Source: a virus
Direction: 5' to 3' (one strand)
DNA: 64,000 nt
Virus record (IMG/VR): IMGVR_UViG_3300042308_000216
Span: 1-64,000 of that record
Shown: piece by piece, positions 46,073 through 56,300 of the stretch
Numbering within the stretch: position 1 is the first letter of the stretch
Layout of the letters: the number at the start of each line of letters is the position of its first letter
Notes under the pieces: generated by a model
Told to the model about the DNA's origin: nothing
Seen by the model: only the letters and a program-made list of their open reading frames with translations
The model's database searches: none
Program-made: the position numbers and the translations under genes

Positions 46073-49000
46073 ATGCCTGGAGAAAACCTTGGTACCACCA
46101 CTATTGCAATTCCTTTACAGAAAATAAAACCGTATAAACCTACAAGTACTACACAAGCAGTACCTGAAACTTATGCTGGTCCTCAATCTAGATATGATGA
46201 TAATTATTTCATAGATCAAAGTAAAATGAACTCTGAATTTTTTCAGAGTATGAGAGCTGAAAATCAAGGGTTTGGTATGGAACTAGCTACCGCTGGTGCT
46301 AACCTTATTCCTAATATTGCATTAAGTATTGGTGAAACTGCTGGTTATTTATTTGATGTTGAGGATTGGTCAAACATGATTCAAGGAAATAAAACTGATT
46401 ATGGTAATGCTATAACTAAATGGGCTAGTGATAACAAGAATCCCTTTGGTCAAGTATACACAAAAAGCACTGATGGTGGTTTTGATATGTCAGACTCTGC
46501 TTGGTGGGTATCTAATGGTGGAGGGTTAGTAGAGTCTTTAGTTGCTTTTGGAATAACAGGATTTGGTGTTGGTAGTGTATTAGGCAAAAGTGCTTCTATG
46601 CTATCAAAAACATTAGGTGCTTATGGTAAAACTAAATTTGCTATTGAGGGTGCTGCTAAATTAGGTACTTCATTATCATTAGCATATAGTGAAGGTGCTA
46701 TGACTGGTGCTCAAGTATTTAAAGATGTGTATGATGATACCTATAATTTTGAGTATTTAAAAAATGTAAATGCAGGTATGGGGGATAAGGAAGCTAAAGC
46801 AAGAGCTCATTATACTGCTACTGATGTTGCAGGTGAAGGTGCAACTAAAGCTGTTAGAACTAATACACTAATTAATACATTTTTAAATATACCTGAAACA
46901 AATGTTCTATTTAGAAGTATGGGTGCATCTAGATATATAGATGATGCTTTAAAACTTCAAAAAGGAGAATTTGCTAGAGATGCTGTTGAAAGAATAAAGA
47001 AATTTGATGTTAATAAACATTTAACTAGACAAGGTATAGAACATTGGGGCAAAGAAACTGGCAGTGAAATGTTAGAAGAGATGGTCAATGTTTATGCTGA
47101 AGAGTCAGGTAAAAATGTTGGTAGGCTAGCTACAGGACAAGACATTGTTTCTCTTGGAGATATGCTAGCTAATGATGATATATGGGCAGCAGGATTCTGG
47201 GGTGCTATTGGTGGTAGTATGAATGGTTTTGTTATGGGTAAAATGCCTAAGTGGGTTGTCCAAGAAGATGGAACTAAAAAAAGAACTACTGTTGGTGCAT
47301 ATAATAAAGAACAAGTAAAAGATAAATATAAAGAACAATTAACTGACCTTCAAGATAGATTAACAGAATTTGTTGATGCTAGAGATGCTTTAGATATAGC
47401 AGCTAAGTCAGGTGATGAAAGAGCTTATAAAGAAGCTGCTGACAAAGTATTTAGTTATAATAGTTTCAACTCTATTGTAAAAGGTACTGAAGAACAGTTA
47501 CTAAATGATTTTCAAGAGATAGCTGCATTTACTCCTGAGCAAGCTGCACAACAAGGTTTTGCATCAGACTACAAAGAAAGAGCTACTGAAAAAATACAAT
47601 CTGTTAGACAAAATACAGCAGAGTGGAATAAGATTCAAGATAGACATTCTTCACAGGATTTAGATCAAGCAGGATTTCCTGAAACTATTTTTCAGCAACA
47701 CATGAATGTTCAGAATAATAAAAAGATTATTCAAGATAACACAATTGAACTTGCTAAATTAGAATCAGAGATAGCACAAGCACATGTATTAAGAGGTACA
47801 GATTTAACAACTACATCTTTTAATGATGTTAAATCTAGTATTGATGCTGTTGAGCATGCTTTTGAAATGGCTGCTAAAGATTTAAGTGATATTGACTCAT
47901 TAAGCACACTTGATAGTAAAACTAGACAGAAAAAAATAGCAGAGCTTAGTAATAAATATGGTAATATTGAAAATGCTAAAATACAAATACAAAAGCATTT
48001 AGAAGAACTAGAAGAAAAAAGAGAAGACCTATTTAATAATTTAGAAATTCAAAAAGAAAATTTCTATTCTTTCATTGACCCTGAAAACACAATGTCAGAT
48101 GATGAAAAACTAGATAGATATAAAAATATAATTGCACAGAATAGTTCAGATATATATTCATTAACAGAAGGTAAGAAAGTATTAGAAACAAATAGAAAGA
48201 TACTAGCTTCACAGATAGAAGAACTTAGAGTATTAAAAAGTGATAAAGGTCTTGAAAGATTTAAAGCTCTTAAGAAAGAAAAGATGGCTGAGAGAGATGC
48301 TCTTGATGCTCAAGCTGCTGCTAAAGCTAGAGCAGAAGCAGAGGCTAAAGCTAAAGCTGCTAAAGTTGAAGAGATTAAAGTTAAAAAGAAAGAAGCTCCA
48401 GAAACAGTAACACCACAAGAAGAAGAGATTATACAAGCCAACACTCCTGTAGAAAGTTTTGAAGAAGGTGTTTACTCAGGTGAAGGTTCAAATAAAGAAG
48501 GGTTAGAAGAGCAGTATAAAGAAATTACAAAGATAGCTGATAACTCAGATGAAGAAGGTAAAGTTAAAGACAGCTCTGGGCAAACTATTTCTGTTGGAGA
48601 TAAACTTATGTATGGTTCTAACAAACTAGCTTATGCTAGTACTGTTGAATATATTGTAGAAGATGATAAAATTAAACATACATCATTAAAACTTAATCCT
48701 GAGACTAATCCTGATTTATTAACTGATAAATATGTACCAGGAACTAAATTAAAGATAAAGAAGTTAACACCAGAAGAATTTAAATCACATGAGTTTTTTG
48801 CTCCTGATAATATTAAATTTATAGATGAAGTAGGTAGAGAAATATTAGTTGCTAATAAAGGACAGAAAGTAACATTTGAAATGTTAAGCCATCCTTATAT
48901 GCAACCCATTGGTATATACAATGAAGCAGGAGAGTATCAAGCTATGCTGCATGCTGTTACTTATATTAATGATAATAGAGTTGTATCTGAGAATGTAGAA

Positions 49001-52000
49001 ACTGATTTACAAACTTTAATTAATATTAGAGCTGCTGTTACAAATGAATTTCAAGATATTAAACTTAGTTCTAAAAGTAATGGTAAACTAAACCAGTTAC
49101 CAATGTTCTATAGATTATCAGAACTTATTGATGAGAATGTAGAGTTTGCTATTGCAACATCATCTATTCAATTAAACACTAGTAAAGTAACACCTGTTGA
49201 AAATTTAGCTAATACTAAAGGCTACAAAGTAGGTCAGGTATATGCATTAACTGTTATGCCTGATGGTAGAAAGTTAGCTGTACCTGTAAAGACAACTAAG
49301 ATTAAAGAAAACCCACAAGTACTTACAGAGTTAATGTCTGCTTTAGATATTTTCTTAAAAGGAGGTAATAGAGAAGACTTACAAGCTGTTTTTGGTAAAT
49401 ACTTACATTCAGTATTTAGTAAAGATAAACTAACACCAGATGGTAATTCTTTTCAAGAAGACCCTAATGGTAATGATAGATTCTATATTGACTTTACTTC
49501 AACAAATGTTAAAGGTATTATATTTGGAAAAGCAGGATTTTCTAAAAACTTTATTAGTGGTGATACACCTATAGATGCTTTAGAAGGATTAAAAAAAGAG
49601 TTAGCTTCTATTATTCAAGAGAGTTATATCAATCTTAATTTTCAAAGCTTAAAAGACCCTGATTTTGTAAAAACATATGTAACAAGTAATGTTAGATTTT
49701 ATCCATTACCTAATGGTAAGGTAACTGTGTTTGATAATCCAGTACTTGGATTTGACCCATCTACATTAATAAATGCTACAGCACCTGCTGCTAAAGTAAC
49801 ACCACAACCTATTGTTACACCTACAACACAAAGTTCTGAATCTGTCTTTAATATAACTATTGAACAGATAAAAAACAATATAGCAGAATTAAGAGCTAAA
49901 GAACAAGCAGAGTATGCTGCTATTGATCCTAATGATACAGCAGCAAGAAAAAAGATTTATGAAGACTATAATAAATTAATTACTACTTTAATAAATGAAG
50001 CAGAAGCTGATATAGAAAAAAGAAAAGAAGCAGAGTTAGAATTAGAATCTGAAAGAATTGTAGAAAGTACTGAAATTTGGAAAGATGAAGAAGGTCGTTT
50101 ATTTAGAATTGATAAACTAAAAAACGGTAAACAAAGATTAGCCGCTACAGATGAAGAAGGTAAACTGCTTAGTGTAATAGATATCTATGAAGGTTCTGTA
50201 TCTCCTACTAAGTTTATAGCAGATGGAGAAAAAGTAAAAGACCAAGAAGTAAAAGAAAATAAGATAGTAGATAAAATTAATGCTAAATATAAAGAAGAAC
50301 TAGATGCTGTAAAACAAGTTAAACCTACTACTACACCTATTTCTGATATAGAAACTAAAAAAGCAGATATAGAAACTGCTTTTGATTATATAACTACTCG
50401 TAAATATAAAGGTGAAAATAATAGATTAAATGAAATAAATAAAATTGGAGAAGATCTTGCTAAACGCTTTGTAGCTACTCTTAAAGAAAAAGGTTTAGTT
50501 AAAGAAGACTACAGAATGGCTCCTAGAACTGATGGGTCTGTAGAAAAAATGAAAGTAAATACAGATGATAAAGGTAATAATTTAGGAAATGATTGGAGTA
50601 CTGCTGGTAAATTTAAAGATGAGTTTAGAAAATTTGTTAATGTAGAATTAGCTTCTTTAAAAAGTAAAGCTACTACTACACCTACAGCACAATCAACTAC
50701 AGATACTAAAGCTGAAATAGAAAAAAGATTAAAAGAAGAAATTATATCTTTAGAAAAAGATTTAAAGGCTATTAAATTTAAAGATGGAAATACACTAGGA
50801 AAAATGTTTCCTGATTGGTCAGTAGAAGCTGCTACTTTTATAAGAGAACATTTTAAAAAAGCTGTTACTGAAGAAGATTATAATAAAGCAGTAAGATATG
50901 AAAACCTAGTAAACCATTTTGATGCTGTAGTTAAAAATGAATTAAATAAATTAACACTTCAACCTACAGCTCAACCTACTGCTGCAGATATTAAAGCTGA
51001 TATAGAAAATAGAATTGTTATTACTGGAACTGACCAAGGATTTGAAGTATATAATACATCAAATATTAAAAATGAGAAAGCAGGAACTGTAGCTGATGTT
51101 AGAAGAAAGTATTCTGATGATAAATATGAAATAGAATTTGGTAAAGGAGATGATAAAAAAAGTATTTTTTCTGATATAAATTATGGTCAAAAAGAAGATT
51201 CCTATCATTATTTTATAACAGATAAAAAAACAAAGAAGAGATACTACGTAGTAGGAATTAGCAGTAGAGTTACTGGTACTGATCCCCAAAGAGATGGAAG
51301 TCTATTTGCAACTATAGAGGACGATGGTAATATTACAGATTTTACAAGAACAGTATTAGAACTTGCTCTTATAAAAGAATTTGAAAATCAAACGAAAAAA
51401 AGAAAGAATATATTTAGACCTTTACCACAAAAATTTATTGACAAAGTAAAAGCTGCAGAACAAGCTGCTTTAGGGCAAGCTCAACCTACACCTGCTACAG
51501 AAACACCAACAACTCCACAAGAAAAAGGAGAGTTTTCTATTCAAGGTACATTTCGTGGATTAACTCATGTATTAGGTGATCCTGCTAATATGATTCCTGA
51601 TCTTAGAGATACAGGATTTATTGATAAGCCAACTTTTTCTGAATCTGTTCAAAAAGGTAAAAAGTTTTTTACACTTTCTATTCCACAAGCAGATGATGTT
51701 TATAGACAAGGCTATTTATCAGTGTCTTTAGTATTTCCTGAAACAACAACTAAAACAATGGCTGATGTCAAAGCTGCTTTAGAAGCAAAAGTAGCTGAAG
51801 CTAAATCTGTTATTGCAACTGCAAGAGATAAAGGATCTAATGCAGAAGCTTTTTTAAAAAACAAGGTTAGTGCAGAATACACAGAACAACCTTCTGTAAC
51901 AGAACCAGTACCTGTAGTTGAACAACAACCTGTACCACAACCTACAGTTGAATTAAAATCTGCTGGTGGAGCAAAGTTTAACTTGAAACTACCTAAAGAA

Positions 52001-53338
52001 GATTCAGATTTAAGTATAACTACTACAGAAGAACTAGGTGTTGAACAAGTAGCACAAGAAGTATTACCTGCTTTAGAAGATAGATTAAGAGGATTTTTAT
52101 CATCTATTAATGTAGATACATTAGTTGTAGATAATTTACAAGAAAGATTAAAAGAAAAAGGATTGAATACTGATGCTGTTGCAATATCAGATATATTACA
52201 CAAAGCAATATTCCTAGATTCAGAAAGGTATAATACTATGGATTATGCTGAAGAGGTTGCTACTTTTGCAATTGAGTTTATGGGAGCTAGTAAACATGCT
52301 GAGGCATCTCCTTTAATTAGAAAAGCACTAGACAATATATCAAGTTGGGAAAAATACCAACAATACTATGATTTATATAAGGATAATCCTATTTATAAAA
52401 ACAACGAAAGAAAATTAAAAGTTGAAATACTTAGTAAGCTATTAGCTGAAAAAATAATAGAGAATAAAGATAAAACTAAAAAAACAAAACAAGATAAAAA
52501 GCTAACAACTTTAGAAACTATTATTAATGACATACTAGCTTTGTTTGATAAAATATGGAAATCAGATTACTATAGAGCTGTTGATAGATTTTTAAAACAA
52601 AAAGGTATTCAAACTAAAGGAGTTAATAAAATTAACATTAGACCTTTTGATGCTGTAATAAATGAGATTGTAGATGATATACTATTTAATAATACATCTA
52701 AAATAATTAATAATGCTAATAGAGCTAGAAAAGGAGAAACTGCTGTTTCTTTAAAAGAAGTTTTAGAAAACAATCCTACTATAAATGAGATATATAATAA
52801 ACTAAACTCTTTAGGTTTTATGTTTACAGGTTCTCCTGCTCTTTCAAATGAAGGAACTATATACAGAGAATCTAATGATACTTTACATGATTTAGATTGG
52901 CAAGTACCAAAAGAGTTAGAAGATAATTGGTTAGACATAATAAAAGAAACTTTTCCAGAAATAGGGTATAAGATTAATGAAAAAACAAATCAAGCTCAGA
53001 TTTTTAGTAAGGGTGAAAAAACTACTCACACTTTAATGATTAAAGGAATGCCTGTTGACTTTTTTATAAGTGTTAATCCTCCATCCAATAAAAATACATT
53101 TGGAGATATGAGATGGCAGGATACCTTTGAAGCTAAGATGGATATAGGTAGAGACAAAGACATCAGAGACTTAATTGACTTTAAAACTTTATTTAATGAT
53201 TACTTTTCAAATCCTGGTTACTTATATTATTCTTTAGGTCAAGTTAAACCAGGAAAACAAATTGAAAAATATGTATCTTTGCAAGATAAGGTTAACACCC
53301 TTATAGAAGAAGGTAAAGCAACTAAATTTTGTAAGTAA
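46073..53338 (+). CDS. giant polyvalent cargo protein: membrane-inserting N-terminus, KADIE-bounded cassettes, degenerate zincin, C-terminal nucleotidyltransferase
   Basis: 2421 aa; Gly-rich hydrophobic helices; repeats at 49870-51530; GS (52829) + DLD (52889) + RDKD. Confidence 0.75.
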   Translation: MPGENLGTTTIAIPLQKIKPYKPTSTTQAVPETYAGPQSRYDDNYFIDQSKMNSEFFQSMRAENQGFGMELATAGANLIPNIALSIGETAGYLFDVEDWSNMIQGNKTDYGNAITKWASDNKNPFGQVYTKSTDGGFDMSDSAWWVSNGGGLVESLVAFGITGFGVGSVLGKSASMLSKTLGAYGKTKFAIEGAAKLGTSLSLAYSEGAMTGAQVFKDVYDDTYNFEYLKNVNAGMGDKEAKARAHYTATDVAGEGATKAVRTNTLINTFLNIPETNVLFRSMGASRYIDDALKLQKGEFARDAVERIKKFDVNKHLTRQGIEHWGKETGSEMLEEMVNVYAEESGKNVGRLATGQDIVSLGDMLANDDIWAAGFWGAIGGSMNGFVMGKMPKWVVQEDGTKKRTTVGAYNKEQVKDKYKEQLTDLQDRLTEFVDARDALDIAAKSGDERAYKEAADKVFSYNSFNSIVKGTEEQLLNDFQEIAAFTPEQAAQQGFASDYKERATEKIQSVRQNTAEWNKIQDRHSSQDLDQAGFPETIFQQHMNVQNNKKIIQDNTIELAKLESEIAQAHVLRGTDLTTTSFNDVKSSIDAVEHAFEMAAKDLSDIDSLSTLDSKTRQKKIAELSNKYGNIENAKIQIQKHLEELEEKREDLFNNLEIQKENFYSFIDPENTMSDDEKLDRYKNIIAQNSSDIYSLTEGKKVLETNRKILASQIEELRVLKSDKGLERFKALKKEKMAERDALDAQAAAKARAEAEAKAKAAKVEEIKVKKKEAPETVTPQEEEIIQANTPVESFEEGVYSGEGSNKEGLEEQYKEITKIADNSDEEGKVKDSSGQTISVGDKLMYGSNKLAYASTVEYIVEDDKIKHTSLKLNPETNPDLLTDKYVPGTKLKIKKLTPEEFKSHEFFAPDNIKFIDEVGREILVANKGQKVTFEMLSHPYMQPIGIYNEAGEYQAMLHAVTYINDNRVVSENVETDLQTLINIRAAVTNEFQDIKLSSKSNGKLNQLPMFYRLSELIDENVEFAIATSSIQLNTSKVTPVENLANTKGYKVGQVYALTVMPDGRKLAVPVKTTKIKENPQVLTELMSALDIFLKGGNREDLQAVFGKYLHSVFSKDKLTPDGNSFQEDPNGNDRFYIDFTSTNVKGIIFGKAGFSKNFISGDTPIDALEGLKKELASIIQESYINLNFQSLKDPDFVKTYVTSNVRFYPLPNGKVTVFDNPVLGFDPSTLINATAPAAKVTPQPIVTPTTQSSESVFNITIEQIKNNIAELRAKEQAEYAAIDPNDTAARKKIYEDYNKLITTLINEAEADIEKRKEAELELESERIVESTEIWKDEEGRLFRIDKLKNGKQRLAATDEEGKLLSVIDIYEGSVSPTKFIADGEKVKDQEVKENKIVDKINAKYKEELDAVKQVKPTTTPISDIETKKADIETAFDYITTRKYKGENNRLNEINKIGEDLAKRFVATLKEKGLVKEDYRMAPRTDGSVEKMKVNTDDKGNNLGNDWSTAGKFKDEFRKFVNVELASLKSKATTTPTAQSTTDTKAEIEKRLKEEIISLEKDLKAIKFKDGNTLGKMFPDWSVEAATFIREHFKKAVTEEDYNKAVRYENLVNHFDAVVKNELNKLTLQPTAQPTAADIKADIENRIVITGTDQGFEVYNTSNIKNEKAGTVADVRRKYSDDKYEIEFGKGDDKKSIFSDINYGQKEDSYHYFITDKKTKKRYYVVGISSRVTGTDPQRDGSLFATIEDDGNITDFTRTVLELALIKEFENQTKKRKNIFRPLPQKFIDKVKAAEQAALGQAQPTPATETPTTPQEKGEFSIQGTFRGLTHVLGDPANMIPDLRDTGFIDKPTFSESVQKGKKFFTLSIPQADDVYRQGYLSVSLVFPETTTKTMADVKAALEAKVAEAKSVIATARDKGSNAEAFLKNKVSAEYTEQPSVTEPVPVVEQQPVPQPTVELKSAGGAKFNLKLPKEDSDLSITTTEELGVEQVAQEVLPALEDRLRGFLSSINVDTLVVDNLQERLKEKGLNTDAVAISDILHKAIFLDSERYNTMDYAEEVATFAIEFMGASKHAEASPLIRKALDNISSWEKYQQYYDLYKDNPIYKNNERKLKVEILSKLLAEKIIENKDKTKKTKQDKKLTTLETIINDILALFDKIWKSDYYRAVDRFLKQKGIQTKGVNKINIRPFDAVINEIVDDILFNNTSKIINNANRARKGETAVSLKEVLENNPTINEIYNKLNSLGFMFTGSPALSNEGTIYRESNDTLHDLDWQVPKELEDNWLDIIKETFPEIGYKINEKTNQAQIFSKGEKTTHTLMIKGMPVDFFISVNPPSNKNTFGDMRWQDTFEAKMDIGRDKDIRDLIDFKTLFNDYFSNPGYLYYSLGQVKPGKQIEKYVSLQDKVNTLIEEGKATKFCK
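53274..53281 (+). promoter_or_regulatory. TAnnTTTG -7 element upstream of the RNA polymerase gene
   Basis: TATCTTTG 56 nt before ATG 53338. Confidence 0.4.
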
Positions 53339-56300
53339 TGAGTAATTGTCAAACGACTTTCCAGGATAGAACTATCCCTTCTGGGGATTTTGAATTTCAA
53401 ATAGCATCTAACCAAATTGATTTATCACCAACAGACAAGTCTGATTTAGATACAATGTCTTTACTGACATTAGACTTATCAACAATACCTTTACTATCTC
53501 CTGATAAGATTAACTCTGCTCAACAAGAGGAGATGATTAATTGGTTAACAGGTGAAGTAATTAACTTCTCATTAAATAATGCTGTTAAAGGTGTTGATGA
53601 AAAAGAGTTAATAAATAATGCTTTTAACGATGCATCAGAGCTTCTTAAAAGCGGTGCTTTACAAGCTGTAGAATTAGGTATACCAATATTAGAAGAAAGA
53701 ATAAACAGTATTCTTGAGGTATATGATAAGCTAAAAGAGATTGTACAAATTAGAGTTAATAATTTTGGTATTGATTTTGAAGCTGATGCTGTTACACCAG
53801 AAGATGCTACTGAAAATTATGAAGAAGATAAAGCTTTAAAAGTAAATCCTTATACAAAAATTGGTCAGGAAATTAAAAGACAGCTTTTTACTATTTATGA
53901 TTTAGATAGTTTACAAGAGGATGGTTCTTACACAGAAGATGATGTAAAAAGAACTTGGTTTGGATTCCCTGCTTACAAATCTATTAACCAAGTATTACCC
54001 ACAATACTATCACACTCTAAAGATTTACCTGCAGAGTTTGATGTGATTAAAGCAAAGATGCTAGATAGCAAAGATGCTAATAAATGGTTTGTACCCTTAC
54101 TTGATAAATTAAGTGAGGCTGATGGACAAGTTAGAAATCAGTTTTCTAGATGGGCTAGTAAAGCACAAATCAATTTAAAGTATTTATTGTTTGATACCAA
54201 GACTAATGAGTTTCAATTTAACAATAGTAACTCAGGTAGGCAAGTAGATATCATAACTAACAAATGGAAGAATAACCTTATACAAACAGAGCTATTTAAA
54301 ATTAATCCAGACACTAATGAGTATGAGTTAGATAGAGAAAAAGCAGATGCTATAACTAAAAACTTTGAAGCATTCAGTGAAAAGTATAAAATGCTTAAAG
54401 AGAATTATCCAGAAGAGTTATTTACAGAACTGGCTGATATCTTAAAAAGTATTGGTGTTGATATTAAACCAAGAGAAATTAAAAGAATGCAAAGGTTTCT
54501 TGATACACAAGGAACCAAATGGGGGAATAGTCCAAGAGCTAAATTTAGTCAGTTCTTTGTAGCTGATAAAGGTGCAGTGGATTTTATGATTCAAAGATTA
54601 TCTAAAGCAGATAAAGAAGCTGAAGGTTCTTTTAATAAATACAATCCACTATCTAATAATACTGGTGTTAGAGCATTAACATTGTTATACTCTTATTACC
54701 AAGAAATTTCTACTAATGATTCTTACAAGAATAGTAACAATGATACTATTTATGCATATAGTCCTAAGAAATATGCAACAGACCAATTTCAAAGAATAGC
54801 TGATACAGCTTATTTAGGTAGATTAATGGAAACTCAATTTGCTAGTAACTCTACTTGGGGTAAAGCATTGATGTCTGAGGATCCTGATACAAGAGCTAGA
54901 TTTCTAGAAGTATTCACATTAGATTATTTTGATGGTGCTACAGGTAAAGGCTCTAAATTAAATACTCCATTTGACCAACTATCTGCATCTGAAAGAGAAA
55001 AGTTTTTACTGACTTGTTTTCAAAACCAAAATAGAAAAGTACAAAGTAAATACAGATATGGTTCTACTTCTTATCTAACTATGTCTGATAAGAAAACCTT
55101 AATTAGTGTTCAACATATATTAGAAGATGTTGATATTAATCCAGAAACAAATAAGCTAGGTAGTAAAAGTATTGACTTATTATATCAAGTATTTAAAGCA
55201 GAGCAGCAAAGGATTAGAGAATTTGAAGCATTAAGTGCAGAGAATAAAAAAGGTTTATCAAAAGAATATGTAAAAGGTGCAAAAGAGTATATCTTAAATC
55301 CTTGGGTTACAAAATATAAAGCTGAAGGAAAAGAACTTGACTCATCAGAAGATGTTAAAATAGCTATTGAAGAATACTATAATGATATTATAAATACTAA
55401 AATAGCTACTTGGAAAGAGGTTGGTATTATATCTACAGATAATGAAGATAATATAACTACAACTTTTGATAAAGAGTATTTTGAGAATGTTAAAAATAGT
55501 AAAGTAGGTAGTAAAGCAAATATTAATGCTGCTATTGCTTATGCTGCTATTGACTATGAAGTAAATACAATAATTGGTAACTTAAATCTATTTCAATTAT
55601 TTGCTGGTGACCCAGCTAGTTATTGGAAAAACAATGTTGATGATACATTAGTAAATGTTGGTAAACGTCTAGCAGCACAGATTGCTCCTGGAGATTCATT
55701 AGCTAATACTAGATATACAGACATTGCTGGTATTAATGGGCATAGCTATACACAAGTTATTGCTAAAGACCATAAAATGATATCATCATCTATCAAGTAT
55801 CTAACTAAGCTGCTTGATGGTAAAGAAGTTACTGATAAAGAGATTGAAGATTATAGAGCAGGTAATACTAAAGCAATAGAAGAAAAATATCCTAATGCTG
55901 CAGCTTACTTTGATATAGAAGCTACTGATGCTCAGGAATATACTACAGCATTAGAGCATGCTTACAATCTATACCATGAAGGTAAGTTATCTGATAAAGT
56001 ATATAAAGACTTAGCAAATAAATTAATTAATGATAGAGAGTTAAGTGATAGTGATGTTAAAGTGCTAATGCAACCTATGAAACCAGTTTACTTTAATGGT
56101 GATGTTAAGTCAGCAGGTACTGGTTCATTAAATTATTATGATATGTCTTACATTAAGACTTCATCATTTCCATTGTTAAAAGAATTTACAGTAGGTACTG
56201 AGCTTGACAAGTTAAGAAAACAACTAGAGAAATTACAAGACCCAACTGGTTCTAAAGACCCTAGCCAAATTAAACTTGTTAGAATGGTAATGAGTTCAGG

